Source: Phoronis australis (taxonomy: Eukaryota; Animalia; Phoronida). Taken from it: a DNA stretch of 64,000 nucleotides. A program made the translations under genes and the position numbers. Under the pieces are notes generated by a model. The model was not told the DNA's origin. It saw nothing but the letters and a program-made list of their open reading frames with translations, and did not search any database. The stretch covers positions 73,933 to 137,932 of the forward strand of contig NMRA01000692.1 of NCBI GenBank assembly GCA_002633005.1. The letters are read 5' to 3'. Positions 40,235 to 54,000 of this stretch are shown piece by piece (within the stretch, counting starts at the first letter, position 1; each line of letters opens with the position of its first letter).

Positions 40235-43200
40235 AATCAGTGTCTTTCTCAACCTGCCCTTGATACCTATGAAAGTGTTCAAGGTGTTTTGCTACTGTGT
40301 GAGCACTTATGTCATCTGTTTTTTTGTATTACAAAGGTATGTAGAAAAGGTATCAAAAAGATAAAAAATCACTTTCAATCAGTTTGACCTAGATGCCTAT
40401 GAAACCGCTCAGGGTGTTTCATGACTTTATAAGCTCTAGTCATTTGTTCTTCTGGATTACAAACTAAGCAGGTACAACAATTATCTGGATACGACAAAAA
40501 CTAAAAGCTCACCCTAGGTGTTTCATAACTATAAAGACCAAAACTCGCCAGGGTGTTTCATGACTTTGTAAGCTCTAGTCATACGTTTTTCTGGATTACA
40601 CACTAAGCAGGTACAACAATTATCTGGATACAACAAAAAATATGAGCTCGCCCTAGGTGTTTTATGACTATAAAGTCCAAAACTCACTAATGCGCTATAA
40701 AAACTTTTATTGTAGAACTTCTTCAGTTTACAGAATCCTACGAAACCGGAAGCTGAACTGAACCAAAGTGAAGCGATGCATAACGATTGACTGTAAAGGA
40801 TAAAACAATACTATGAATATATTGTGTACAGCTATACAAAAAGGACCATTTCATGATATTTCTCAAAGGTTAGAAAACCCATAGAAGGAGAAAAATATCT
40901 GACTTGATTGAAAATAGACTTTACAAAGCAAAATAACTATCTCTAAACTTAGTCACTTCCTATGTAAATTTCAAGGTCAATTTACTGGAAAAACTTCAAG
41001 TCTCGAAAAAAGCCCAAATGTATCTTTCAAGGAGAATTTACACTCTAGTGTCCTCTTTTGATGTTTTAACAGAATTCTCCACGAAAGCTCAGATGTTTCT
41101 TCTGAGGAGAATTCATCCTCTTGTTTCCTCTTTTGATGTTTCTAACAGACTTCTCCACGAATTTAGCTCAGATGTATGTTTTAAGAAGAATATACCCTGT
41201 TTTGTCCTCTTTTGATGTTTTTATCAGACTTTTCTACAAAAGCTGAGATATATCTTTTGATGAGAATTGATCAACTTTTGTCTTCTTTTGATGCTTTTCA
41301 GCAGTTCTCTTTCGAAGTTACGTAAAAAGCGGATGAATTTTCTTTTTCTTTTTCATTTTGTGCGTGCATTGGTTGATGTACAAAACCACTGCAGTATCGA
41401 TTGTGAATAATTTTATGATACACTTCAGAGACAATGGCTTATTCAGAAAGTTTCTACCCTAGCGCTTGCCACTTGGCCCTCAAAATATCGATCTTGCCCC
41501 TTGATTAGTTTAATTAAATAAAACATAAAGCGAAATATGGTCCATTAATGAAAAATTGTTAACGCCATCACCAAGTTGCTTAAAAATTCGTGTTGGGAAA
41601 TCTTTTCACCTTGTTAACATCTTTTTCATGTTTCACATATGAAAGACATTTTTTGATTTAAAAAATCAGTGTCTTTCTCAACCTGCCCTTGATGCCTTTG
41701 AAAGCGTTCAAGGTGTTTTGTTACTTTGTGAGCACTCATGTCATCTTTTTTTCTGTATTACAAAGGTATGTAGAATAGGTATCAAAAAAGATAAGAAATC
41801 ACTTTCAATCTCAGTTTGCCCTAGATGCCTACGAAATCGCTCAGGGTGTTTCATGACTTTGTAAGCTCTAGTCATTCGTTTTTCTGGATTACACACTAAG
41901 CAGGTACATCAATTATCTGGATACAACAAAAGATATGAGCTCGCCCTAGGTGTTTTATGACTATAAAGACCAAAACTCGCTAATACGCTATAAAAACTTT
42001 TATTGTAGAACTTCTTCAGTGTACAGAATCCTACGAAACCGGAAGCTGAACTGAACCAAAGTGAAGCGATGCATAACGATTGACTGTAAAGGATAAAACA
42101 ATACTATAAATATATTGTGTACAATTATACAAAAAGGACCAATTCATGATATTGCACAAAGGTCAACTAACAGGTTAGAAAACCCATAGAAGGAGAAATA
42201 TCTGACTTGATTGAAAATAGACTTTACAAAGCAAAATAACTAACTTGAAACTCAGTCACTTCCTTTGTAAATTTCAAGGTCAAACTACTGGAAAAACTTC
42301 AAGTCTCCAAAAAAGCCCAAATGCATCTTTTGAGGAGAATTTACCCTCTTTTGTCGTCTATTGATGTTTTTAACAGACTTCTCCACGAAAGCTCAGATGT
42401 TTCTTCTGAGGAGAATTCATCCTCTTGTTTCCTCTTTTGATGTTTTTAACAAAGTTCTCCACGAATTTAGTTCAGATGTATCTTTCGAGGAGAGTATACC
42501 CTGTTTTGTCCTCTTTTGATGTTTTTATCAGACTTCTCTACAAAAGCTGAGATATATCTTTTGATGAGAATTGATCAACTTTTGTCTTCTTTTGATGCTT
42601 TTCAGCAGTTCTCTTTTGAAGTTATGTAAAAAGCGGATGAATTTTCTTTTTCTTTCTGTGCGTGTATTGGTTGATGTACAAAACCACTGTAGTATCGATT
42701 GTGAATAATTTTATGATACAATTCAGAGACAATGGCTAATTCAGAAAGTTTCTACCCTAGCGCTTGCCACTTGGCCCTCAAAATATCGATCTTGCCCCTT
42801 GATTTGTTTAATTAAATAAAACATAAACCGAAATATGGTCCAATAATGAAAAATTGTTAACGCAATCACCAATTTGCTTAAAAATTCATGTTGGGAAATC
42901 TTTTCACCTTGTTAACATCTTTTTCATGTTTCACACATGAAAGACATTTTTTGATTTAAAAAATCAGTGTCTTTCTCAACCTGCCCTTGATGCCTATGAA
43001 AGCGTTCAAGGTGTTTTGTTACTTTGTGAGCACTCATGTAATCTTTTTTTCTGTATTACAAAGGTATGTAGAAAAGATATCAAAAAAGATAAGAAATCAC
43101 TTTCAATGTCAGTTTGCCCTAGATGCCTATGAAATCGCTCAGGGTGTTTCATGACTTTGTAAGCTCTAGTCATTCGTTTTTCTGGATTACACACTAAGCA

Positions 43201-44500
43201 GGTACATCAATTATCTGGATACAACAAAAAATATGAGCTCGCCCTAGGTGTTTTATGACTATAAAGACCAAAACTCGCTAATGCGCTATAAAAACTTTTA
43301 TTGTAGAACTTCTTCAGTATACAGAATCCTACGAAACCGGAAGCTGAACTGAACCAAAGTGAAGTGATGCATAACGATTGACTGTAAAGGATAAAACAAT
43401 ACTATAAATATATTGTGTACAATTATACAAAAAGGACCAATTCATGATATTGCACAAAGGTCAACTAACAGGTTAGAAAACCCATAGAAGGAGAAAAATA
43501 TCTGACTTGATTGAAAATAGACTTTACAAAGCAAAATAACTAACTTGAAACTCAGTCACTTCCTTTGTAAATTTCAAGGTCAAACTACTGGGAAAACTCA
43601 AAAAAGCCCAAATGTATCTTTCGAGGAGAATTTACCCTCTTTTGTCCTCTATTGATGTTTTTAGAAGACTTCTCCTCGAAAGCTTAGATGTTTCTTCTTA
43701 GGATAATTCATCCTCTTGTTTCCTTTTTTGATGTTTTTAACAGACTTCTCCACGAATTTAGCTCAGATGTATCTTTCGAGGAGAGTATACCCTGTTTTGT
43801 CCTCTTTTGATGTTTTTATCAGACTTCTCTACAAAAGCTGAGATATATCTTTTGATGAGAATTGATCAACTTTTGTCTTCTTTTGATGCTTTTCAGCAGT
43901 TCTCTTTTGAAGTTACGTAAAAAGCGGATGAATTTTCTTTTTCTTTCTGTGCGTGTATTGGTTGATGTACAAAACCACTGTGTATCGATTGTGAATAATT
44001 TTATGATACATTTCAGAGACAATGGCCTATTCAGAAAGTGTTTCTACCCTAGCACTTGCCACTTGGCCCTCAAAATTTCGATCTTGCCCCTTGATTTGTT
44101 TGATTAAATAAAACAGAAAGCAAAATATGGTCCAATAATGAAAAATTGTTAACGCCATCACCAATTTGCATAAAAATTCATTTTGGGAAATCTTTTCACC
44201 TTGTTAACATCTTTTTCATGTTTCACATATGAAAGACATTTTTTGATTTAAAAAATCAGTGTCTTTCTCAACCTGCCCTTGATGCCTTTGAAAGCGTTCA
44301 AGGTGTTTTGTTACTTTGTGAGCACTCATGTCATCTTTTTTTCTGAATTACAAAGGCATGTAGAAAAGGTATAAAAAAAATGAAGAGTCACTTTCAATTT
44401 CAATTTTCCGTAGATTCCTATGAAACCATTCAAGGTTTTTCATTCCTGTGTGAGCACTCATGTCAATCCATATTTCTGAACTGCAAAGGAATGTGCAAAA
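40235..44500. repeat. Tandem repeat of about 1.3 kb, 3 full copies plus a partial, built from internal subrepeats
   Basis: aatcagtgtctttctcaacctgcccttgat begins at about 40235, 41664, 42962 and 44253. Each unit holds subrepeats of about 130 bp and four of about 77 bp. Confidence 0.95.
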
Positions 44501-44547
44501 ATTATATGGATGAGATAAAAATATTTTAGCAGAATTCTCCATGAAAG

Positions 44548-44947
44548 GTGAAACATATAAAAAAGAGACTCATGATGTTTGCCTTTTCGTTTTCAACCTG
44601 CAAAAAAACAAATCTTTATTAGTCCAATGCAAGTAGTTTTGTTAGAGAGATGGTAACCCCTTCCCAGTTTGGATAGGTTTGACATATTTGCCATCTAATG
44701 GCCATTTTTATAACACTAAAGATTTTGTGGAAGGGCAGTGTTTGGTGTGCTGTGAAACATATAAAAAAGAGACTTATGATGTTTGCCTTTTCGTTTTCAA
44801 CCTGCAAAAAACAAATCTTTATTAGTCCAATGCAAGTAAGTTTTGTTAGAGAGATGGTAACCCCTTCCCAGTTTGGATAGGTTTGACATATTTGCCATCT
44901 AATGGCCATCTAAAGATTTTGTGGAAGGGCAGTGTTTGGTGTGCTGT
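44548..44947. repeat. Near-identical tandem duplication of about 204 bp just upstream of the first GTSE1-like coding exon
   Basis: gtgaaacatataaaaaagagact at 44548 and 44752. Confidence 0.9.
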
Positions 44948-45007
44948 CACATACGTGGCATTTCAGTGATCCGTGTTGCTCTGGTTGTGCATTATTTTGT
45001 AGCGGAT

Positions 45008-48000
45008 ATGGAGAAAAGTCTGAGTAAGGAGAAGAGCGACTGTGATAGGAACCACTTGGTGGAGCTGTTGGAGCAAGATGGTAATACACACAGAATAAGA
45101 TGGATCCCAAAATCGTCCATCTTCCAATCTTGAATATCGAGAAAATTTCGGTTTGAATTTTGGTGCTCTAATTTGTGAGTGTCCCAAACTGATGAATTTT
45201 TAGAGTAAATAGTGTGCGCAAATGTGTAAAATGTTGCTCAATATCTCTCTGATTCTGTTTTCTTGCTATGCTCATTTTGTGTCACGGAGTACTTGAAACA
45301 CAAATAATAAAATTTGCTGTTACCAGGTTGGTATAAGGAAAGGTGAAAATATTTTGTTTAATTTATCTTTTGTCATGTAATTTCAACATGATTAGTTGTG
45401 TTTTAAACTGTCTTGAATTCTTTGTATTTTGTACTTTTTGGTCATAGAACGTTAATCATGTGTTCAATAAAATGCCAATGAGTAAACAATTTCTAGTTAA
45501 GTTGTGACAGTCAATCTTTTTCTGTCTTGTGTAGGCCCAAATATTATGGAGGAAGAGTTTGACTTTGATATTGCAAGTTCACCGTCAACCAGGTGAGACG
45601 GACTTTAAATGCAGCGTCTGGCACAAAAGCTACACACAACTGTTCAGTATCCTGCATTAACTTTTTGATTTTTACGCCATTTGGCAGCGACAGGAGATGA
45701 CACCACTGGGCCTTTGAAGACTGAGATTCAGTTAACGAGCTGCTTTGCTCAAGAATTCTGGTGTTGTTTCTTGGTCTTTGTTGTTCATGAAAGCATTTCT
45801 TCATTGATATTACTCTTGCTGGAAGTTCCTCTGTGTACTAGTAATGTACAAGTCTACTTTCTACGACTGCCTGTTCAGCAGATATACATTTTGTGCTTGT
45901 ATCAAAGCGTAAATGTAAACACCAGCTCTCATTATGTTTCCTGAGGTCATACACTTTATAGTTGTAATAAATTTGGTTTTCTGATTATGATTTTTATCTA
46001 CTCAAACTGTGGACGACACGCTCTGATATACTCGTCTTCTACTAGCATGTCGTCTTCCATTTTAGTTTTCTTTTCATTGTAGTTTTGTCTTTGGACTGCC
46101 AAGAGTGCAATTCAGAATAGCCTTTTATTTTTGTTACTACAGCTGTGATGATAAGAGCGACTTTGACGATGGTGGCGAGGACGAGGAAGAGGTGTTCTTT
46201 GGCCCCGTGGGTCACAAAGAGAAGTGCGTGGCCTCTGTTGTACAGCAGGAGTTTACTGAGCAAGATTACCGACCGTTGAGTCCACTTAATGAGAAACAAT
46301 GGGCTGAGATTGTGAAGGAGGCTCAGGTCATTTCCGTGCGCATCAGCTGTGCCAACAAGTGTAAGGAGGAACCGTTGGCAGTGCAGGTGGTAAAGACGAG
46401 CGTTGGTGCCAGTAAGAGTAGTAGTTGTAGCAGTGGGGGTATTGGTACCCCAGAGGTGACCATGAGCCCAGGTAGTAGGCTTAGGAGAGAGACGTTTATT
46501 GTTAGTACGAGCCCTGCTCATTTGTTGCCTCCTGCAGTGGCACCAGAGTCACAGGTGGTGTCGACATCAGGTTTTGTCGTGGTGGATGATGTGAACGAGG
46601 TCGTGGAGTTCACAACACAAAGCAGTGAGGGAAAAGAGAAGAGGGTGACGCCCCGGAAGCCAGTATCACGCAGTGCCACTTTCAGTGTTCGTGGCTCAAA
46701 GTTACCGGGTGCTAGGCAGGTAGAGGTGAATATATATGTGTAAACTTTTATTGTGTTAAATACTTAGTGCTCAGTTGTGCATTGAAAAGTGTAATCTGCT
46801 AAATGTGCTTCACAAATCCATAAAAAAGAATTGATTCCTCTTACCGAATCTGTTGATTAATGATGCCAGCAATGGGTATTAAAACAGATTTTTATTTCAG
46901 TATGTGGGTGCATTATGCTGTCATCCCATCTGTCTGGCTGGCTGGCGTCCATCCGTCTGGTGTCCGCTGCGCTATCTCCAAAACCCTTTGACGAATGTTT
47001 ATGAAAATTTGCACGTTTGTTCATTTCATGAATGGGATGGCATGAGTGAACTTTCAGATGGATCCAATTACCGGTCTGCCCCCTAGTGGCAATTTTGTTT
47101 TTTTATGTTTACCTCTTAGACTATATCTTCAAAAGTCCTCAACAGATTTCTGCAAAATTTTTATTGTAAATATCTATTGGTGAGATGACGATAACCTCCC
47201 ATTTTTGGATGGAATCGAGGAACTTTGCGCCAGCTAGTGTCCATTTTTGTGGTTTTCGAGTTTTTTGCCGTCCACCCTTCAATCAACCAAACAATTTTAA
47301 GGATGATTTTGAAAATTGGTGTGTGACGGGGACAGTTGATGATGGCGACTTCGCCTACAGTGGTGCCTCGTAGTGGTAGTTTTGTTTTGCACCCATAGTT
47401 CTGTCTTCTAAACCCATTGCAGAATCTTTATTAAATTTAGAAAGTGTTTACATGAGGCTAACAATAGACGACGACTTTCAAGCAGACCCAATGAACGCTG
47501 TGCCCCTAGTGGCAATTTCATTTTATTCTGTGTTTCTTTGTTTGTCTGAAGTTCTTGGACAGCTTTTTATGAATTTTGTAAATAGCTTTCTATTAAAGAA
47601 ACAATGACATGTTCCCGTTTTCTGATGGATTGGATGTTTTTGCACCATCTAGGGGCCATTTTTATGATGCAAATAAATGACCCTAAAGCACATCATTTGC
47701 AGTGCATTCGTAGGCGTATGTGCTCCACGTTGCTCTTGTAACTGGAATAATGTAAACATGCATTTTGAAGACAGTTGCTTGTGCAATCCATCCTGATCAA
47801 TGACAAGCCAAGTGCGAAAGTACAACTCAAGATTATGTAAATTTGAGTAACATGTGCTACTATGCCTTTTGATCATAGTTAGTCAATGTCAGCCTGTTGA
47901 ATAAAAATTATAGTATAGTGTATGCATGCATGAAGAATAAATTAGGCTTAATAGCCTTTCAGGCTGTGTGTTGTTCAGGCTTTGGGCCCTTCAGACTTTG

Positions 48001-51000
48001 GGCCCCACAGACTGGGCCCTTCAGATATGGCATCTTAATCTGTGTTGTACAAATAGCTGTTGTGATTTTCAGAGACAGAATTCCAGTGCTGGTCAATATG
48101 GCGGCTTGAAGAAGCCAAATAAGACTGGAGATGACAGTGTTGACACGTGCAGCTTGATGCCTGACACATCAGGCGCATCCGTGTCCAGCATACCCATTCC
48201 TAGTAAGAGAACATTACCACAACCGTCGGTCAAGGTAAGTGCTAGAAGTAGGTAAAGATATAAGTTAAAATAGCATCATCTAGCGCTGTCTGGTGTGTTT
48301 ATTCAGTGTGTTCTTTTGGCAGTGATGAAAAGCAATATAAAGAACTAATTTTCACATGCTGCGACCATTTCGTTCTTCTGCGGTTTTTATGTGGTATGCA
48401 AATTATTTCTATTTGCACAGAAATTTGGCAACCATTGATACAAATCTACGATATTGAGAAAATATGAACTTTGAAATCAAATTTTTTGGTTCTTTTATTC
48501 AAAACAAATTAGGTAACTTTGTATCTCCATTATTTATTTGTTCAAATGTCAACTCTACTTGCAGAACCAAGAACGTGTAACTCTTTACTAAACTATATTA
48601 ACTTTGCTGTGAAGAATTCTCCCATTAAGCATTTTCTGTCTTTATTGCCTACAAGTGTGCATAACACGTGATCCAACTGTGTACTTACTGAAACTCTACT
48701 ATATCCCTTATAGTTTAGTGTATTTCAGAAAACCAGGCCGTCCTGTCCCTCGTTACAATTACAGTCATAAAACGTACAAACTGGTGAAGCGCTTTCAATT
48801 TTCTAGCCTGCGCTTAAACGTAATGATCAACAAATTTACAAAATGATCGATTTGGAGACCGCATTTCAAGAATTTATCATATTAAGTAGGATATATATGG
48901 CTCATTAGGATTTCAATCAAAAGTAAACCTTGCAAATGTCCCCTTCTGCAGAAGATGGTCTACTGGCGGTCTTAGATTTTCTGCTCTCCCTGTGAAACTG
49001 CACAGGTGCGCCCTCTTTTGGTAGTGAGTGCATGCTCGCTGCCAGGGTTTAAAGAGGTTGAACATGCGTCTGAAAACGCGTGGGGGCACTTATAGGGGCA
49101 TGGGCGCTTTTTAGCGCGAATACGTTTGGTACAAAACGTGCAATTGAAATCCCTGCACCCCTGAGCACGTGCATTAAAAATACTCCATATGCACGATTAC
49201 CTTATTCCATCACTGTGTCTCTAAATTTCTGCCGCAAACATGGGGGTGCCGTCATGGAATGTAATCCTCGAGTTGGAGTTTCGTCACCGGGTGCGTGTGC
49301 GGTGCTTAGGCGTACATGCCTAGGGTTTTGTTCCATGGATTTTATGTCCGCTTGTTAGCAGCTACCTGTCATTCAACTCACGAGCAGCTGTACTAATGAT
49401 TCCATTGTGTTGATGTTTCTCCTTGCAGTCCAAGAGACTTACTGTCCCATCCAAACCCAACAGTCACCAGCCTGCATCAGCCAGTGTGTCAGTTGCACAG
49501 CATAACAGATTAGCAACAGGTAAGACCGACATGCACATTTATTACGCATCTTTCAATGTAAAAGTTTGGATTGCTTCATCGTACTTTACTTGCAACAGGC
49601 CTAAGAGGTTGGTTGAAAAGGTGGACTCGTACAGCACAGCCTTATGTAGACAGTCGGACAGAATTCCAGTCTTCAGATCAGTCTTAGAGGTGAAAATTGC
49701 AAATTTTGTTGATGTTTCTTTACTGCAAAGTAGATTGAATATGGTGTTTTTAAATTGCCAAAGAACTCTTGAAACATAATGGTGCTGTAAGTCAAGGGCA
49801 GCAACATGTCTCCCAAATTTTACATTTTGCTGACAACTGACCACTGTAATGTTGTGTTTCAGGATCAAAGCCACCTTTGAATAGACTGCAACTACTCAAA
49901 CACAGCGGTCTGTCAAACAGAAAGACGGTCAAATCAGAAAGACCAACAGTGATGTCAAAAGTCAAGAGTGGGCCTATGAAAGCTATGCTGCCAGCTGGAA
50001 CTACCACTAGTGCACCAGGTGAGTGTAGGCAAGTCGGGAACAGTTACAGCTGTTGGCATGCCATGTTCACTTGACGTATGCAGGTAGGTACAGGTAAGTT
50101 TGAAATTATGTGGACACTTATTGACCAGTTTATGTAATTTGTCAAAAATTATAAAATTTACGAAGTACAAAATTTAACTCGAGGTAATAGTGTCAAATTA
50201 ACTTGAAATAAAACTATTTTATTTTCTGAATTGGGATATAATTAGATTTTTTTACTTGATGCCAGTCTACCTTTCGTTGAATCTTGTGACCTTGCCTTTA
50301 TTAACATTTAGCAAAAAGACTGTGGTATATACAAAGCTAAACTATGATATCAATACACTGAACAAATTTCATTTTTAATATGTAAATGTACACGATGAAT
50401 TGTCAAAAAAATGATATAAGCCTCTTTTCAAAAATATAATTTTGTGTTTGTGTTTTCTAATACTTTCTAGGGTCTCGCATAACCTTAAGTTATGTTATTT
50501 GTAATAAAGATTGTTCAAAATAACTAATGGCAGATTGATGCAGCCTAAATGAACACGGGTTGATTGTTCAAAATAAATAGTGGCACCTTGATGCAACTCA
50601 AATGAGCATGTGTTGATTGTTCAAAATAAATAATCTATATGGCAGTTTGATGCAGCTCAAATGAACATGGGTTGATTGTTCAAAATAAATAGTGGCAGTT
50701 TGATGCAGCTCAAATGAACACGTGAATTTAAGGAACATTGTATTCTGTGTAGCCTACTTGCTGGCTATGGTTTGCTGAATTAGTGAATATCCTTGCAAAA
50801 TTTCTACCTGACCTGGAGAATATATTTCCTGCTTCACAAATGCAAATCACATAGCATGCTACAGAATTAGGCTCACTGTTGAATTACAGACTCATTTTCC
50901 AAAAATGTTGTACTGCATACTAAGTACTTTAATTTGCAAAATTTCTCTGCACCTGCTTTGTAAGTAGTTACTGTACAGTTGTAAGACTTTGACTGAAAAA

Positions 51001-54000
51001 TGCGCGATATCAAATTTATGTGACGGAACGTTCGTAACTTTACGCTTATTTTTATTCTTATTTAGTTGCAAATGTTCAGTTATTCTTATTCTAATGTCTT
51101 TGTTGCGTCTCAGTACGCCTTTGTTATGTGGGCATGTGGGCGCGACTGTATGTGTCGGGCACTTCGCTAGCGACAGGCTTAGGAGAAGGGTGTTTCCTTC
51201 CTTTGCCTTCATGAAAATTGATCGTTATCATGGGCAATTGAACTGAAACGTATGCCTGATGAGATGAAATACACATTTTTGATGTTCAGTGGAGACTTGC
51301 TCTGTTACATTTAATTTACAAGTCAGTGGGTAGCAGCAAATATGATATTCGATACGTTAATGTGGAACTAATTGTCAAAAGCTCTTGTCGTTTGTGGAGC
51401 ACTGTGCGTTCATGTGATGGTTTTCAAATGTCCTAGATTTACTTTGTAGTATTGTCATTGCGCGAACAACTGAAATTCATTACTCTACTTGAACATACTT
51501 CAACTTTCTTCTACAGCTGTTTCTAGTGTCAAGTCTTCCCTCCAACTTCATACTTCTAAGGTCCCCCAGTGTACGCCGATCAAGCCGGACACTCTCGTCC
51601 AGCCCAAAAAGCTTCTCCAGGAAACGTTGAGCCCGTCCACACCCAAAAAGTCCAGGTATTTGTCAAGTTCGCTATACTTAGATTCAATGTGACTTTTAGG
51701 TTTTGTCTGCCTTCTACCTCAGGCCTGTATGTTTTAACCGCCACTAGATTTCTTCTTTAAGGACATCTCAAATCTTATTCACAAAAATTGGTTATTTGTA
51801 GAATTTTTCACATGTGTTGCAAAATAACTTAATATCTTCATTCTCGGGGAACTTCAAATACGAAATATATACCGCGTTGCGAGAAAAAAAAGATTGGCAG
51901 AACCACCTTGGAACTGCACAACCGCGTCAAGGTCAAAGGTTTAAGGAAATTCAATCAAATCGAATCTCCCGCCAGGTACAGAACAACTTCGTATAACCTT
52001 AGTCCTTTAATGCACCAAGTCGCTATAACATTGAGTCAACAAGATGTATTTATGGTAGAATGGTGCCACATGCATACGACCGTTGGCATTGAGAACGAAT
52101 GCTACGCTACGAGTCGCCTCAGGCCTTTGTGGTCATGAACACAGCAAGTTGTGAAAAAAGATAAATCCTCATCCAAATACCTTAATTCAATTAATAAATT
52201 GACATTTCAATGTTTCGATCTCATGCTAACGACATGCTTTAACCACCAATTCGTTTTTTGTTATTCATTTTGTACTTGGTTTCGTATCCCGACACTTGAC
52301 ATGTGCAGGCTATGTGTATAACAATGAACTGTGACCTACTTAAAAGTAGTAACAGTTGGCTGAGAATGGTACATTTTAATGATAATTAAGTTAATTGCGC
52401 ACTGCAAATTCCGTTGACATTGTGAGTGAAGGTTCAAATAGCTAACATAGTTAAGACTTGTATAGGTTATGTTTACCGAAAATAAATTTTCACTGAATAA
52501 TTAACCAAAGACTCGTCACAGTTTAATAGGCTTTAACTCAGCTTCGGCAAATCAACTTTATTTGAAATTAGGAACTCAAGTTCTTGAAAACGGCATGGTG
52601 AATTTCGCTGAAACTTTCCAAACTTAATATTTAGTCATCACTCTCATAAACCCAGTTTCCTGATCTTTTTCTTTCAGAAAATATATTATACTAGTTGACA
52701 AAGCTTAGTTGTTTGATATACGAGTTAGAATGGAAGCCACTAAATAAGGTTGGAGATTACCTTATGATTATGACCATGTTCAGACAGTATATTATCTTCA
52801 AGTTTGGTGGTATTGTAGAAGTCTCTTCGGAAACCGCTACTAGAGGTGGGAATCCGAATTTATTTTCAGAATCGATTAATCTGAAACTTTTCCGATTCAA
52901 AGCTGGATTCTGAATCATTTTTAAAGTGACTTTTATCACCAAGTACTGTAAAGACTGTTATGCAATGCAATTAAAACATATCAAGAGATGAATGTACTCT
53001 TTCTTCAGCAAACAGTGCACAATGGTCTAGGTCCTGTTTTATGTGACTTTCAAAAAACGTTTAGCAATAAGAGGTGAAGATTTGTGTGTTGCGGGTCATC
53101 GGAGTATCTATTTTAACTGGAATTGGTTTTGATTCAACGTTTTTCTTTAGCAACGATGTTGGGAACAAGTCTTCGAATGGTAAACACCCCATGTGAGCTC
53201 ATGTATGCTAGCTAATGTTTTCACCCCATGTGAGCTCGTGTATGCTAGCTAAGATTTCACCACTGTTTGTTTTTCTTGTCCAATTTGCTTTGAACTTGTA
53301 TCTAAGCTTCTACCCAACATACCTAAATGCCTGGCGAGGGATGATACCAGTTGCAGCAGAACTGTTTGTCTGTTTTTGCATCATTTGATAAAAGTAAGGT
53401 CAATAATGGGAATATTGAGTTTAAGAGTGCCTCACCGCATGCACGATTTGATTACTTGATAAAAATGTAACCAAACTGAAGTAAAAGCATTGTTTCATTT
53501 CTTTGTTATCTTACTCTACTTTCTATTGAAAAAATAAAATATTCTTCGTGCTTAGGGAAATGATTACTGATTAATGAGACCCGAAATTTTTTGGAAAATA
53601 CGTCCACTGGGCCCCTGTGTTTTGCAGTCTGATGTTACATCCAATGCATAGTCAGTAACCATGATTCTTCTTCTTTATAGAAAAATGTGATAGTATTGTT
53701 ACATGATGACTGCCTGTTTTATGATAAATGACGAGGAGTTGTCAGTTCTCTTTAAACATTTATTATACCCTTAAATAGATATTGGGGAGATGATGCCCGA
53801 TTAATGTCAGTCTCTTGTGTCAGTAAAAGTCGTCCCTTGTACTGTGACTGCCATATAAGCTGCATGTTCACTGTACTCACACTGTGGGTTACATCCTCAT
53901 GGAATGCACATTGCCTTGACTTGTGTGAACATCATCATAGTAATTATTTGTTTATCTTACTTTAAGTGGACTTCCCAATACATGATCAGTACACCTTACA

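Noticed and set aside
43819-44107. ORFs within the 1.3-kb repeat
   Set aside because: Interrupted differently in each copy, with no recognisable domain.
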